Under the pieces are notes generated by a model. That model did no database searches. It was not told the DNA's origin and was given only the letters and a program-made list of their open reading frames with translations. A stretch of DNA of 60,964 bases, taken from assembly GCA_016463095.1 (NCBI GenBank), contig JAEMSA010000006.1:1-60964 (forward strand), in the 5' to 3' direction. Shown piece by piece: positions 38,189 through 49,822 of this stretch. This stretch comes from Candidatus Nanopelagicales bacterium (GTDB lineage Bacteria; Actinomycetota; Actinomycetes; S36-B12; UBA5976). The translations under genes were made by a program, and so were the position numbers. Numbering within the stretch: position 1 is the stretch's first letter; the number at the start of each line of letters is the position of its first letter.

Positions 38189-39715
38189 ATGGACCAATAC
38201 AGACTTGGGGTCACAACACCTGATTTAGAAGAATTTAAAGATTTTGCGCAAGAAAGAAAAGTAATTCCAGTGGTTAGGCGTCTAATCGGTGATTCATTTA
38301 CTCCCGTTGGCTTATACAAAGCGTTAGCTAATGAAAGACCAGGCACATTTTTGTTGGAATCAGCTGAGCATGGTCAAAGTTGGTCCAGGTATTCATTTAT
38401 TGGAGTAAGCAGTGCTGCAACTTTGCGCAGCGAAAATGGTCAAGCTTTGTGGTCTGGGCATGCGCCCAAAGGTGTGGCACTAGATGGTGATGTTTGGGAG
38501 GTATTCAAACAAACCCTAGATTTTCTAGCCACGAAACCTTTTCCAAACTTGCCGCCCTTAACTGGTGGCCTAGTTGGTTATCTGGCTTATGACATTGTTC
38601 GACTTTTTGAAAGAATCCCTAACCAAAATCCTGATGAAACAAAAGTGCCCGATTTAGTTATGTTGCTAGCAACTGATTTTGCAGTGCTGGATCATGTTGA
38701 TGGATCCGTGTGGTTGATCGCAAATGCAGTTAACTATGACGGCACCGCTGAAAGAGTTGATGTTGCTTATCTTGACGCTGTAGCCAGGCTTGATGCCATG
38801 CAGGAGGCGTTAAATCAACCCCAATCACAAATTGGTTCCACTTTTAATAATGACGCTAAACCAGATTTCACAAACAGAACTATCAGCAAGGATTATCAAG
38901 AATCCGTGCAAAAAGCCATTGAATATGTGGAAGCAGGAGATGCTTTTCAAATAGTTTTGTCGCAAAGATTTGACATAAAAACCACGGCAAAAGCTATTGA
39001 CATATATAGAGTGCTAAGAACCTCCAATCCCAGTCCTTATATGTATTACCTAAACATTCCTACCAAAGATTTAACTGCCACAGAATTTGAAATTATTGGC
39101 TCAAGTCCAGAAGCTTTAGTCACAGTTAAGGACAGAAAAGCTGTGATGCATCCAATTGCGGGAACCAGACCTCGAGGTAAAAGCACAGCTGAAGATGAAA
39201 AAATTGCTGTTGAATTATTAAATGATCCCAAGGAAAAAGCTGAGCATCTGATGTTGGTTGATCTAGGAAGAAATGATTTGGGAAGAGTTTGTAAACCGGG
39301 CACAGTGGAAGTTATCGAATTTATGCAAGTAGAAAAATATAGTCACGTGATGCATTTAGTCTCCACTGTGACTGGAACATTAAATGAAAACATCACCACG
39401 GCCGATGCGTTGAAGGCAACATTTCCTGCTGGCACATTATCTGGCGCACCTAAGGTTCGGGCCATGGAAATAATAGATGAACTAGAACCCGTGAAACGTG
39501 GTATCTATGGCGGAGCATTAGGTTATTTTGATTTTGCAGGCAACATGGATGTGGCAATCACAATTAGGACAGCATTACTTAAAGATGGGGTTGCCTACGT
39601 GCAGGCAGGAGCCGGCGTTGTTGCAGACTCTGTGCCAAGCAGTGAAGATAAGGAATGTCAAAACAAGGCAGCAGTGGTACTCAAAGCAGTTGCCGTAGCG
39701 TCCTCATTAGGCTGA
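38189..39715 (+). CDS. trpE: Anthranilate synthase component I
   Basis: FLLESAE, NPSPYMY, SSPE, PIAGT, EHLMLVDLGRND, GTLSGAPK; start ATG 38189 or TTG 38186. Confidence 0.96.
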   Translation: MDQYRLGVTTPDLEEFKDFAQERKVIPVVRRLIGDSFTPVGLYKALANERPGTFLLESAEHGQSWSRYSFIGVSSAATLRSENGQALWSGHAPKGVALDGDVWEVFKQTLDFLATKPFPNLPPLTGGLVGYLAYDIVRLFERIPNQNPDETKVPDLVMLLATDFAVLDHVDGSVWLIANAVNYDGTAERVDVAYLDAVARLDAMQEALNQPQSQIGSTFNNDAKPDFTNRTISKDYQESVQKAIEYVEAGDAFQIVLSQRFDIKTTAKAIDIYRVLRTSNPSPYMYYLNIPTKDLTATEFEIIGSSPEALVTVKDRKAVMHPIAGTRPRGKSTAEDEKIAVELLNDPKEKAEHLMLVDLGRNDLGRVCKPGTVEVIEFMQVEKYSHVMHLVSTVTGTLNENITTADALKATFPAGTLSGAPKVRAMEIIDELEPVKRGIYGGALGYFDFAGNMDVAITIRTALLKDGVAYVQAGAGVVADSVPSSEDKECQNKAAVVLKAVAVASSLG

Positions 39716-39746
39716 GACCACTAATTTCTTTAGGGAGAATTTGTTA

Positions 39747-39938
39747 ATGCCGAAAGATAATCACGGCCAAACACCAGCTGCATGGACTGGTACTTTTCTT
39801 ATTATTGCGGCATCAGCTGTTTCCACAGTTGGTTTGGTGCGTAATGATTGGCAAATGTTTTGGATAGGAATCGGAATTGCGTTTCTGGGCGGATTCATCT
39901 GGATTGTCTGGGAAAAATTATCTTCGAGAAGAAAGTAG
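39747..39938 (+). CDS. HGxxPAAW family small membrane protein
   Basis: [10 protein letters not shown] followed by two TM segments; typical position between trpE and trpC. Confidence 0.85.
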   Translation: MPKDNHGQTPAAWTGTFLIIAASAVSTVGLVRNDWQMFWIGIGIAFLGGFIWIVWEKLSSRRK

Positions 39939-39951
39939 AAAAGGAATAATA

Positions 39952-40761
39952 ATGTCGAGCGTTCTAGACGAAATTATCGTTGGCGTTCGTGAAGATTTGG
40001 CATTGAGACAAGAAAAAGTTTCCATAGATGAATTAAAAAATCAAGTTGAAAAAGTTGCTAAGGCAATTGATCCTTATCCTATTTTTAATGAAGCTGGCGT
40101 TGCTGTTATCGCTGAAGTTAAAAGATCAAGTCCTTCAAAAGGGGATCTGTCCGAAATCACAGATCCAGCTTTACTTGCCAAAGAGTATGAAGCCGGTGGA
40201 GCAAGTTGTATTAGTGTTTTAACCGAGGAAAGAAGATTTAAAGGTTCTTTGGCAGACTTAGCAGCTGTGAGAAAAGCAGTTGAGATTCCAGTGTTACGAA
40301 AAGATTTTATAGTTTCTAGTTATCAACTTTGGGAAGCCAGAGCATACGGTGCAGATTTGGCTCTTTTGATTGTTGCGGCCCTTGATCAAGAAGCTTTAGT
40401 TTCATTAATTGAAAGATCAAAAAGTATTGGATTGACTCCTTTGGTAGAGGTCCATACAGAAGAAGAAGTTAAAAGAGCAGCAGCTGCTGGAGCAAAACTA
40501 ATTGGGATTAATGCACGAAATCTTAAAACCCTAGAAGTAGATAGGAACACTTTTATAAGACTTGCACCTCTGGTGCCAAGTGAATGCATTTTGGTAGCCG
40601 AATCGGGAGTTCGTGACAAACATGATTTGATTACTTATGCCAATGCTGGAGCCCACGCTGTTTTAGTAGGCGAAAGCTTGGTAGTTCATAAAGATCCCAG
40701 AGCAGCAGTTCACGAATTAGTAACAGCTGGTGCTCATCCTGCAACCAATCATGGACGATAA
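39952..40761 (+). CDS. trpC: Indole-3-glycerol phosphate synthase
   Basis: [33 protein letters not shown]; start ATG 39952 with RBS AAGGA. Confidence 0.97.
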   Translation: MSSVLDEIIVGVREDLALRQEKVSIDELKNQVEKVAKAIDPYPIFNEAGVAVIAEVKRSSPSKGDLSEITDPALLAKEYEAGGASCISVLTEERRFKGSLADLAAVRKAVEIPVLRKDFIVSSYQLWEARAYGADLALLIVAALDQEALVSLIERSKSIGLTPLVEVHTEEEVKRAAAAGAKLIGINARNLKTLEVDRNTFIRLAPLVPSECILVAESGVRDKHDLITYANAGAHAVLVGESLVVHKDPRAAVHELVTAGAHPATNHGR

Positions 40762-40765
40762 TTAA

Positions 40766-41977
40766 ATGACAACTTTTTTGCAAGATTTACATAAAATCGA
40801 TGATCAAACGGGACACTTTGGTCAATTTGGCGGCAGGTTTGTTCCTGAAGCTTTAATATCTGCTCTTGATCAACTTGAAGCAGAATATTTAAAAGCCGTA
40901 ATAGATCCAAAATTCAATGAAGACTTTCAAAACTTACTAAAAGATTATGTGGGCAGACCAAGTCCATTAACCGAAGCAAAAAACTTTTCCAAACATGCCG
41001 GTGGTGCTCGAGTATTTCTAAAAAGAGAAGATTTAAATCACACCGGATCCCATAAAATAAACAACGTAATTGGACAAGCTCTACTTACGGTACGAATGGG
41101 TAAAAAAAGAATTATTGCTGAAACCGGAGCAGGTCAACATGGTGTTGCTACTGCGACTGCAGCTGCGTTATTTGGTCTCGAGTGCATAATTTATATGGGA
41201 GAAGAAGACACCGTACGCCAATCATTGAATGTGGCTCGAATGAAACTATTGGGCGCCACAGTTGTGCCTGTTACCTCTGGAACAAAAACATTAAAAGATG
41301 CCATCAATGAAGCAATGCGTGATTGGGTGACCAATGTTGAAACCACACATTATTTACTGGGCACAGTTGCTGGTCCTCATCCGTTTCCTACTATTGGTAG
41401 AAATTTTCATAGCATCATTGGTGTTGAAGCAAGACAACAAATTTTGGAAAAAACAGGTAAACTTCCAACCGCTGTTACTGCTTGTGTAGGTGGTGGATCA
41501 AATGCTATTGGTTTATTTCATCCATTTATTTTAGATAAAGATGTGCAACTGCATGGCTATGAAGCAGCAGGTGACGGAATAGAAACTGGAAGACATGCCG
41601 CAACACTTTCTGGGGGCACGATCGGAATATTGCACGGAACACGATCCTATGTTTTACAAGATGAAAATGGTCAGACTTTGCCGAGTCATTCCATCTCTGC
41701 AGGACTTGATTATCCAGGAGTTGGACCGGAACATGCTTGGTTGAAAGACTCTGGTCGAGCTTTTTATCATCCCATAACTGACACAGAAGCAATGGATGGA
41801 TTTTCTTTATTGTCTCAAACTGAAGGAATTATTCCAGCAATTGAAACAGCACACGCCATTGCCGGAACAGTTAAATTAGGAAAAGAATTAGGTAAGGATG
41901 CAGTAATTGTTATTAATTGCAGTGGTCGAGGCGACAAAGATGTTGAAACTGCTGCGAAATGGTTTAAGTTAACTTAG
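40766..41977 (+). CDS. trpB: Tryptophan synthase beta subunit
   Basis: [41 protein letters not shown]. Confidence 0.99.
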   Translation: MTTFLQDLHKIDDQTGHFGQFGGRFVPEALISALDQLEAEYLKAVIDPKFNEDFQNLLKDYVGRPSPLTEAKNFSKHAGGARVFLKREDLNHTGSHKINNVIGQALLTVRMGKKRIIAETGAGQHGVATATAAALFGLECIIYMGEEDTVRQSLNVARMKLLGATVVPVTSGTKTLKDAINEAMRDWVTNVETTHYLLGTVAGPHPFPTIGRNFHSIIGVEARQQILEKTGKLPTAVTACVGGGSNAIGLFHPFILDKDVQLHGYEAAGDGIETGRHAATLSGGTIGILHGTRSYVLQDENGQTLPSHSISAGLDYPGVGPEHAWLKDSGRAFYHPITDTEAMDGFSLLSQTEGIIPAIETAHAIAGTVKLGKELGKDAVIVINCSGRGDKDVETAAKWFKLT

Positions 41978-41983
41978 AAAATC

Positions 41984-42781
41984 ATGAGTTCAATTCACCA
42001 AGTATTTGATAAAGCTAAATCTGAAAACAGAGCAGTGTTAATTGCATATTTGCCCGCAGGTTTCCCAACTATCGATGGTTCGATTGCAATAATGCAAGAA
42101 ATGCTAAATAGCGGAGTTGATTTAGTTGAAATTGGTGTTCCTTACAGTGATCCATTGATGGATGGTCCAATTATTCAACAGGCAGTAGATGTGGCATTGC
42201 ATAACAAAACTGGAATCAATGAAGTTATGCACATAGTTAAAGAAGTTTCCAAAAGTGGCAAACCAGTTTTAACCATGAGTTACTGGAGCCCAATTGAAAA
42301 ATGGGGAATAGATAAATTTGCTCAACAAATGAATCAATCAGGTGGAGTTGGGGTAATCACCCCAGATTTACCACCCGATGAATCAGAAGCATGGATCACA
42401 GCAACTGATGAAAATAAAATTGATCGAGTGTTTGTTGTGGCCCCAAGTTCAAGTGACGAAAGATTGAAACTTGTCACAAATAAAGTTACAGGTTTTGTTT
42501 ATGCGGCAAGTTTGATGGGTGTTACTGGAACTAGAAGTGAAGTATCCAATAGAGCAGAAGAGTTAGTAAATAGAGTTAGAAAACATACGCAGTTGCCGAT
42601 TGCAGTCGGTTTAGGTGTTTCAAACTCTGAGCAGGCTCATGAAGTTGCACAATTTGCTGATGGGGTAATTGTAGGTAGTGCGTTTGTGAACGTGATTTTA
42701 GAACAACCCAACCTTAAAGATTCCATCGCTGCTGTGGCCCAATTGTGCAAAGATTTCGCCAGAGGCGTTCACAAAGACTAA
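41984..42781 (+). CDS. trpA: Tryptophan synthase alpha subunit
   Basis: EIGVPYSDPLMDGPIIQ, GVTG, ADGVIVGSA. Confidence 0.98.
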   Translation: MSSIHQVFDKAKSENRAVLIAYLPAGFPTIDGSIAIMQEMLNSGVDLVEIGVPYSDPLMDGPIIQQAVDVALHNKTGINEVMHIVKEVSKSGKPVLTMSYWSPIEKWGIDKFAQQMNQSGGVGVITPDLPPDESEAWITATDENKIDRVFVVAPSSSDERLKLVTNKVTGFVYAASLMGVTGTRSEVSNRAEELVNRVRKHTQLPIAVGLGVSNSEQAHEVAQFADGVIVGSAFVNVILEQPNLKDSIAAVAQLCKDFARGVHKD

Positions 42782-42851
42782 CCAGAATTAGCACTAAATC
42801 GGAACAACGGTTAGATTGAATTAAACCTCAAAACATATTCGGAGATTCTAA

Positions 42852-43649
42852 ATGTCTAGCCCAGATGATATTCGTAATAAAGCAGCCCAAGTTCGAGCCA
42901 GCGCAAATTCTTCAGAAAATAAGAAAGCTAAAACCATCCAAGTGATAGGTGGACTTTTTGTTTTAACATTAGTTGTGTGTTTAATCGGTGCTGGGGTTTA
43001 TGTGAAAAGTCAAACAGCTCAAAACAGTATTACTCCAGAAGAAGTCACTGAATATAATTCAGCGGCGCAGCTTCCTACAGGGGTAACCGCGCAAGGTGGT
43101 TATGGTGTGCCAGTTGGAAAACAAGATTCCACTGCACCAAAAGCTGAACTTTACGAAGATTTTCAATGTCCAGCATGTGGCTTTCTAGAAAAAGCTAATG
43201 GCGAAAACATTATTGCTGCTGCTGTTAAAGGTGACATTAATTTGACCTTACATCCAATGATTTTTCTAGACAGAAATTTTCCACAATCACAACTTGCTTC
43301 ACTAAGAGCAACAATGGCATTTGGTTGTGCGGTTGATGCTGGTAAAACTGCTGAATATCATGCAGGTATTTTTGCCATGCAACCATCAAAAGAGGGCGAT
43401 GGGTTCACCGATCAACAATTACTTGATCTAGCAAAAAATGTTGGCATCAAAGATGATGCGATCACAACTTTTGAAACATGCTTAACTTCCAATAAATACA
43501 AAGGTTGGGCACAAAATTCACAACTTCACGCCCAAGATCGTGGCGTGCAAGGTACTCCAACTTTCTATCTGAACGAGAAACAAATTGAAAGTGCAATTCT
43601 TGTTGATCCAACAAGTTTTGCCGGGGTTGTCGCTGAAGCAAGAAAGTAA
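42852..43649 (+). CDS. Membrane-anchored DsbA/MdbA-like thiol-disulfide oxidoreductase
   Basis: TM anchor, YEDFQCPAC, GTPT cis-Pro loop. Confidence 0.9.
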   Translation: MSSPDDIRNKAAQVRASANSSENKKAKTIQVIGGLFVLTLVVCLIGAGVYVKSQTAQNSITPEEVTEYNSAAQLPTGVTAQGGYGVPVGKQDSTAPKAELYEDFQCPACGFLEKANGENIIAAAVKGDINLTLHPMIFLDRNFPQSQLASLRATMAFGCAVDAGKTAEYHAGIFAMQPSKEGDGFTDQQLLDLAKNVGIKDDAITTFETCLTSNKYKGWAQNSQLHAQDRGVQGTPTFYLNEKQIESAILVDPTSFAGVVAEARK

Positions 43650-43655
43650 TTTGAA

Positions 43656-44489
43656 TTGATTCCGTTAACTATTCCCAGTCCCAGTACCGGAGTTTTATAT
43701 CTGGGACCACTTCCACTACGGGCCTATTCACTTTTCATCATTGTGGGAATTTTTTTAGCCATTTGGTTAGGAAATAAAAGGTGGATAGCTCGTGGCGGTA
43801 AAACAGGCGAGATAAGTGATGTTGCAATCTTTGCTGTTCCCTTTGGAATAATCGGTGGACGTATTTATCATGTAGCTACCGATTGGGAAAAATACTTTGG
43901 ACCAAATCAGAACTGGGTTGATGCGTTCAAAATATGGAATGGTGGATTAGGAATATATGGCGCTATTTTCTTTGGAGGAATTGGGGCATGGATCGGTTGT
44001 AAATATTACAAAATTTATTTGCCACCATTTGCCGATGCCATCGCTCCGGGAATAATTTTTGCGCAAGCAATTGGCAGATTAGGTAATTATTTTAATCAAG
44101 AGTTATTTGGCAGACCCACCAATGTTGCCTGGGCTTTAGAAATAGCGGAAAAAAATAGGCCCACAGGTTTTGAGTCTTTCGCTACTTTTCATCCCACCTT
44201 TTTATACGAGATGCTTTGGAATGTGATGGTGGGATTCTTGCTGATTTATTTGGATCGTAGATTCAAATATGGGCATGCCAGACTTTTTGCTTTATATGTT
44301 GTCTTCTACAGTCTGGGCAGATCTTTCACTGAAAGCCTGAGAATTGATGAAGCACGAATAGTTCTGGGTTTAAGATTCAACGTAATTATGAGTTTGACAG
44401 TTATAGTGTGTGGTCTGGCCTACTTTGTTATTAGTAATAAAACCAAGCCTGGGATCGACACCAAAATTTATAGGAGTGCTCAAAAGTGA
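43656..44489 (+). CDS. lgt: Prolipoprotein diacylglyceryl transferase
   Basis: GGRIYHV, WNGGLGI, QAIGRLGNYFNQELFG, HPTFLYE. Confidence 0.97.
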   Translation: MIPLTIPSPSTGVLYLGPLPLRAYSLFIIVGIFLAIWLGNKRWIARGGKTGEISDVAIFAVPFGIIGGRIYHVATDWEKYFGPNQNWVDAFKIWNGGLGIYGAIFFGGIGAWIGCKYYKIYLPPFADAIAPGIIFAQAIGRLGNYFNQELFGRPTNVAWALEIAEKNRPTGFESFATFHPTFLYEMLWNVMVGFLLIYLDRRFKYGHARLFALYVVFYSLGRSFTESLRIDEARIVLGLRFNVIMSLTVIVCGLAYFVISNKTKPGIDTKIYRSAQK

Positions 44490-45211
44490 AACAAAGTCAG
44501 AAAATGATGGACGGGGAAACAATCCATAGAAATATTAATGGTGGATGGATGCGTCCTGCAGTTTTTGGTGCCATGGATGGGCTTGTTTCAAATTTCGCGT
44601 TGATGGTTGGTGTGGCGGGTGGATCTCAAGCAGTCGGTGCAGAAAATACAACCGCAATTGTGCTAGCTGGTTTTGCAGGACTATTGGCTGGTGCTTTTTC
44701 AATGGCCGCTGGTGAATACACCTCAGTAGCTAGTCAAGCCGAATTGGCTATGGCTGAAATAGAAATTGAAAAAAATGAATTAAGACAAAATCCTGAAGCA
44801 GAAATAAAAGAACTAGCTGAAGTGTGGATTAAGCGTGGGGTTAGCGAAACTGTGGCCATGCAATTTTCTAAAGAGTTAAGTAATAATTTTGAGGCGTTCG
44901 CTGATGCTCACACCTCAGAGGAATTTGGGGTAACGGCAGGTGATTTGCCTTCCGCAAAATTGGCAGCAATCTCTTCATTCGTTGCTTTTGCTGCTGGTGC
45001 AACTGTTCCTTTGGTTCCTTACCTGTTGGGATCAACCAACATTGTTTATTCCATGATCATTTCTTTAATCGGACTTTTTGGTGCTGGGGCATTGGTTTCA
45101 TTGGTGACCACCAGAACTTGGTGGTATTCGGGAACTCGTCAACTACTCATCGGTAGCGGGGCAGCAGCAATTACCTGGTTTCTGGGCACCACAATCGGAG
45201 CAGCGCTATAA
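44486..45211 (+). CDS. VIT1/CCC1 family Fe/Mn transporter
   Basis: RPAVFGAMDGLVSN, AGAFSMAAGEY.SV. Confidence 0.93.
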   Translation: MKQSQKMMDGETIHRNINGGWMRPAVFGAMDGLVSNFALMVGVAGGSQAVGAENTTAIVLAGFAGLLAGAFSMAAGEYTSVASQAELAMAEIEIEKNELRQNPEAEIKELAEVWIKRGVSETVAMQFSKELSNNFEAFADAHTSEEFGVTAGDLPSAKLAAISSFVAFAAGATVPLVPYLLGSTNIVYSMIISLIGLFGAGALVSLVTTRTWWYSGTRQLLIGSGAAAITWFLGTTIGAAL

Positions 45212-45251
45212 CACTTGGTGAGGTAAGATTTAGTAAGTAAGAGCAAGTTTT

Positions 45252-45297
45252 GGGCCATCGTCGTCCCGCCGAAAATATCTAAAATGGCCAGGGACAA
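45252..45297 (+). promoter_or_regulatory. Candidate structured leader of gltB
   Basis: GC-rich island with crossing helices GGCCAT/ATGGCC and GTCCC/GGGAC, downstream of a -10-like TAAGAT (45224-45229). Confidence 0.45.
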
Positions 45298-45307
45298 TTT
45301 TTTGAAA

Positions 45308-48300
45308 ATGTTAAGCAACAACAACCAAGGTCTTTACAATTCATCTTTTGAACATGATGCTTGCGGTGTTGCCTTAGTTGCTACTTTAAATAAAACACCT
45401 ACCTACAAAATTGTTGCCTCAGGTTTAGAAGCCTTAAGAAATTTAGAACACCGCGGAGCATCTGGAAGCGAACCTGACTCTGGTGACGGGGCAGGAATAT
45501 TAATTCAAATCCCGGATGACTTTTATCGACAAGTAGTTGATTTTGAGTTACCTAAACAGGGTTTCTATGGTGTGGGAATTGTTTTCTTACCAAAAGACGA
45601 ATCCGAATATAAGGAAGCCAAAGAAAAGATTAATTCTGTTGCCAAGCTAGAAGACATAACCATTTTGGGTTGGAGAGATGTTCCGACAAATTCAAATGAA
45701 ATTGGTCAAACTGCGCAACGTGTTATGCCAAGATTTGAAATGATTTTTATCCAACTAGCAAACAAAAAACTGAGTGATATCGATTTAGATCGAGCAATTT
45801 ATCCTTTCAGAAAAATTGTTGAAAATAGTTCCACAGCATATTTTGCTTCACTATCTGCGCGAAGTGTTGTTTACAAAGGAATGTTAACCACAGGTCAATT
45901 AGAACCATTTTATCCAGATTTATCAGACACCAGAGTGGTGTCAAAGATTGCTTTAGTTCATTCACGTTTTAGCACAAATACATTTCCATCCTGGCCTTTG
46001 GCGCATCCCTACAGATTGATTGCACATAATGGTGAAATCAATACGGTAAAGGGAAACCGAAATTGGATGCACGCAAGAGAGAATTTAATTAAAACAGATT
46101 TAATTCCAGGTGATTTAGCAAGAGTGTTTCCTATATGTTCAAACGAAGCAAGTGACTCTGCATCATTTGATGAAGTGCTAGAACTAATTCATTTAGGTGG
46201 AAGATCACTACCACATTCAATATTGATGATGATTCCCGAAGCTTGGGAAAATAATCCCAGCATGGATCCAGCGCGCAGAGCATTTTATGAATTCCATGCT
46301 TCATTTATGGAACCTTGGGATGGTCCAGCTTGCGTAACTTTTACCGACGGACATGTAATTGGGGCAGTACTTGATAGAAACGGATTACGCCCTGGAAGAT
46401 TTTGGGTAACCAATGACGGGCTAGTCGTCTTAGCAAGTGAATCAGGAGTGTTGCCAATTGATCCAGCAACAGTTATAAGAAAAGGACGGTTACAGCCAGG
46501 AAAAATGTTTTTGGTTGATACCGATAACGGGCGAATAATTGAAGATGAAGAAATCAAAAACAGTCTTGCTAGCCAACATCCTTACCAGGATTGGTTGCAC
46601 GCTGGGTTAGTTCACTTAGAAGAATTACCTGACCGCGAACACATTGTTCACACGCATTCATCTGTACTTAGAAGACAACAAACTTTTGGCTACACAGATG
46701 AAGAGTTAAAAATTTTGCTTACCCCCATGGCTAAAAACGCTAATGAACCTTTAGGTTCGATGGGAACAGATACACCTATTGCGGTTTTAAGTAGTCGCCC
46801 CAGATTAATTTTCGATTATTTCACTCAATTGTTTGCTCAAGTAACCAATCCACCACTTGATGCCATAAGAGAAGAAATTGTTACTTCACTTTCTTCATCG
46901 GTTGGGGAAGAAGGCAACTTATTGATTCCCACACCTGCTCATGCCAGACAAGTGGTTTTGCCTTTTCCTGTGATTGATAACGACGAGTTGGCAAAGTTGA
47001 TTCACATAAACCGAGATGGAGATCAACCAGGTTTTGCTGCTCAAAAGTTTTCGGGTTTATACAAAGTAGCCCAAGGTGGCATAGGGTTAGAAAATCGTAT
47101 TGAAGAAATATTTATTGAAGTAAATGAGGCCATTAAAAACGGTAAACATTTACTAATTTTGAGTGACCGTGACAGTGATGCCGATAATGCACCTATCCCG
47201 TCTTTGCTATTAGTAGCAGCTGTTCATCATCATTTGATTCGTACCAAACAAAGAATGCAAATAGGTTTGATAGTTGAAGCAGGTGATGTTAGAGAAGTTC
47301 ATCATGTGGCACTTTTAATTGGTTATGGTGCAGCCGCAGTCAATCCTTATTTGGCGATGGAAACTGTTGAAGACATGGTTAGACAAAAAAGAATGGGTGA
47401 TATTTCACCTGAAAAAGCGGTTAGAAATTTGGTCAAAGCTTTAGGTAAAGGTGTTTTAAAAGTTATGAGCAAGATGGGTGTTTCAACTGTTGCTTCTTAT
47501 CGTGGAGCTCAAATATTTGAGGCCATAGGTATTTCAAATGAAGTTATAGATAAATACTTTACTGGAACAGTTTCTAGACTCGGCGGAGTTGGTTTAGAAG
47601 TAATTGCACAAGAAGTATCTAAGCGACACGATGTGGCATACCCATTTAGTGGAATTTCACCTGCGCACAGACAACTTGCAATAGGTGGGGAATACCAATG
47701 GCGCAGAGAAGGTGAACCACACTTATTTGATCCCGAAACTGTTTTCAAATTACAACATTCCACCCGCACAGGACAAATGGATGTTTTTAGAGATTACACC
47801 GAAAAAGTTAATGAGCAATCAAAAAGATTAATGACCATTAGAGGACTATTTGAATTTAAGGGCGATCGTAAATCTATCTCTATTGAAGAAGTGGAACCAA
47901 TCGAGAAAATCCTTAGCAGATTTAGCACAGGAGCTATGTCTTATGGATCAATTTCAGGTGAAGCTCATGAAACATTAGCAATTGCCATGAATCGTTTGGG
48001 TGCTAAATCAAACACTGGCGAAGGTGGAGAAGATCCAGAACGTTACCAAAAAATGGCAAACGGTGATTCCAAACGTTCATCTATTAAACAAGTTGCTAGT
48101 GGCAGATTTGGTGTGACCAGTGAATATTTAGTCAACGCCGATGATATTCAAATAAAAATGGCGCAAGGTGCTAAACCTGGAGAAGGTGGACAACTACCAG
48201 GAAACAAGGTTTATCCCTGGATTGCTAAAACACGACACTCAACACCTGGAGTGGGATTAATTTCACCTCCACCGCATCATGATATTTATTCCATTGAGGA

Positions 48301-49822
48301 CTTAGCGCAATTAATTCACGATTTGAAAAACGCAAACGATAAGGCCAGAATTCATGTCAAACTTGTTGCCGAAGTTGGGGTGGGAACGGTGGCTGCAGGA
48401 GTTGCGAAAGCTCATGCTGATGTGGTTCTAATTTCAGGTCATGATGGGGGAACAGGTGCAAGTCCCTTAACTTCTTTAAAGCACGCAGGTGGTCCTTGGG
48501 AAATTGGTTTAGCAGAAGCTCAACAAACTTTGTTATTAAATGGTTTACGTGATCGCATTGTTGTGCAAACAGATGGACAATTAAAAACAGGTAGAGATGT
48601 AATAGTCGCAGCACTTCTTGGTGCAGAAGAATTTGGATTTGCTACCGCCCCGCTAGTTGTGATGGGTTGTGTGATGATGAGGGTTTGTCATTTAGACACT
48701 TGCCCTGTTGGTGTTGCAACACAAAACCCAATATTAAGAGAGAAATTTACTGGTGAACCAGAATTCGTAGAAAACTTTTTCAGATTTATTGCTACCGAAG
48801 TTCGTGAGTACTTAGCTGAATTAGGTTTTAGAACATTGGATGAAGCAATAGGTCATTCTGAAGTTCTTAATACCAAGAAAGTAATTGAGCATTGGAAAGC
48901 AGCCGGGTTAGACTTATCACCAATATTGCATAGAGTAACAACCACAAAAGACGCAGTTTTGCATCAAACCACTATGCAAGATCATGGTTTAGTCGATGCT
49001 TTAGATAATGAATTAATTGAAATCTGTAAACCAGCACTAGAAAAGAGTGAACTGGTCAGAGCGCAAATTGCCATCAGAAATGTTAATCGCACGGTAGGCA
49101 CCATGCTGGGAAGTCGCATAACAAGAAATTTTGGTGGAGCAGGATTACCAGAGGGAACCATTGAATTAACTTTCAACGGTACAGCAGGTCAATCATTTGG
49201 AGCATTCATTCCAAAAGGTCTGACATTAAGACTTGAAGGCGATACTAATGATTATTTGGGTAAAGGCTTATCTGGTGGAAAAATAGTAGTGCGACCAGAT
49301 CGCAATTCTAAATTTGATTCAGGTGTCAACGTAATAGCTGGAAACGTCGCTGCATATGGAGCAACTTCGGGAACATTATTTGTTAGAGGTTTAGTAGGAG
49401 AAAGATTTTGTGTAAGAAATTCTGGAGCTATTGCCGTAGTTGAAGGTGTGGGAGATCATGGCTGCGAATATATGACTGGTGGTCGAGTAATAGTGCTTGG
49501 ACAAACAGGTAGAAATTTTGCTGCTGGCATGAGTGGTGGAATTGCCTATGTAGTTGATCTGAATGTTGAAAACATTAATCCAGAAATGGTGGAACTAGAA
49601 GAATTAGATGATCTGGATAAAGAATTTTTATCTAAAACAATTAAAAGTTATGCTGAAGAAACAGATTCACCACTAGCCAAAGAGTTGTTGATTGATTCAA
49701 ACTTTAAGAAATTTACTAAAGTTATGCCTCGTGAATATAAACGAGTTTTATTAGCACAAGCCAAAGCTGAAAAAGAAGGCACAGATCCAATGCAAGCAGT
49801 AATGGGGGTGTCTGGTGGGTGA
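45308..49822 (+). CDS. gltB: Glutamate synthase large subunit
   Basis: EHDACG N-terminal Cys, [23 protein letters not shown] Fe-S motif; start 45308 preferred (45284 possible). Confidence 0.98.
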   Translation: MLSNNNQGLYNSSFEHDACGVALVATLNKTPTYKIVASGLEALRNLEHRGASGSEPDSGDGAGILIQIPDDFYRQVVDFELPKQGFYGVGIVFLPKDESEYKEAKEKINSVAKLEDITILGWRDVPTNSNEIGQTAQRVMPRFEMIFIQLANKKLSDIDLDRAIYPFRKIVENSSTAYFASLSARSVVYKGMLTTGQLEPFYPDLSDTRVVSKIALVHSRFSTNTFPSWPLAHPYRLIAHNGEINTVKGNRNWMHARENLIKTDLIPGDLARVFPICSNEASDSASFDEVLELIHLGGRSLPHSILMMIPEAWENNPSMDPARRAFYEFHASFMEPWDGPACVTFTDGHVIGAVLDRNGLRPGRFWVTNDGLVVLASESGVLPIDPATVIRKGRLQPGKMFLVDTDNGRIIEDEEIKNSLASQHPYQDWLHAGLVHLEELPDREHIVHTHSSVLRRQQTFGYTDEELKILLTPMAKNANEPLGSMGTDTPIAVLSSRPRLIFDYFTQLFAQVTNPPLDAIREEIVTSLSSSVGEEGNLLIPTPAHARQVVLPFPVIDNDELAKLIHINRDGDQPGFAAQKFSGLYKVAQGGIGLENRIEEIFIEVNEAIKNGKHLLILSDRDSDADNAPIPSLLLVAAVHHHLIRTKQRMQIGLIVEAGDVREVHHVALLIGYGAAAVNPYLAMETVEDMVRQKRMGDISPEKAVRNLVKALGKGVLKVMSKMGVSTVASYRGAQIFEAIGISNEVIDKYFTGTVSRLGGVGLEVIAQEVSKRHDVAYPFSGISPAHRQLAIGGEYQWRREGEPHLFDPETVFKLQHSTRTGQMDVFRDYTEKVNEQSKRLMTIRGLFEFKGDRKSISIEEVEPIEKILSRFSTGAMSYGSISGEAHETLAIAMNRLGAKSNTGEGGEDPERYQKMANGDSKRSSIKQVASGRFGVTSEYLVNADDIQIKMAQGAKPGEGGQLPGNKVYPWIAKTRHSTPGVGLISPPPHHDIYSIEDLAQLIHDLKNANDKARIHVKLVAEVGVGTVAAGVAKAHADVVLISGHDGGTGASPLTSLKHAGGPWEIGLAEAQQTLLLNGLRDRIVVQTDGQLKTGRDVIVAALLGAEEFGFATAPLVVMGCVMMRVCHLDTCPVGVATQNPILREKFTGEPEFVENFFRFIATEVREYLAELGFRTLDEAIGHSEVLNTKKVIEHWKAAGLDLSPILHRVTTTKDAVLHQTTMQDHGLVDALDNELIEICKPALEKSELVRAQIAIRNVNRTVGTMLGSRITRNFGGAGLPEGTIELTFNGTAGQSFGAFIPKGLTLRLEGDTNDYLGKGLSGGKIVVRPDRNSKFDSGVNVIAGNVAAYGATSGTLFVRGLVGERFCVRNSGAIAVVEGVGDHGCEYMTGGRVIVLGQTGRNFAAGMSGGIAYVVDLNVENINPEMVELEELDDLDKEFLSKTIKSYAEETDSPLAKELLIDSNFKKFTKVMPREYKRVLLAQAKAEKEGTDPMQAVMGVSGG

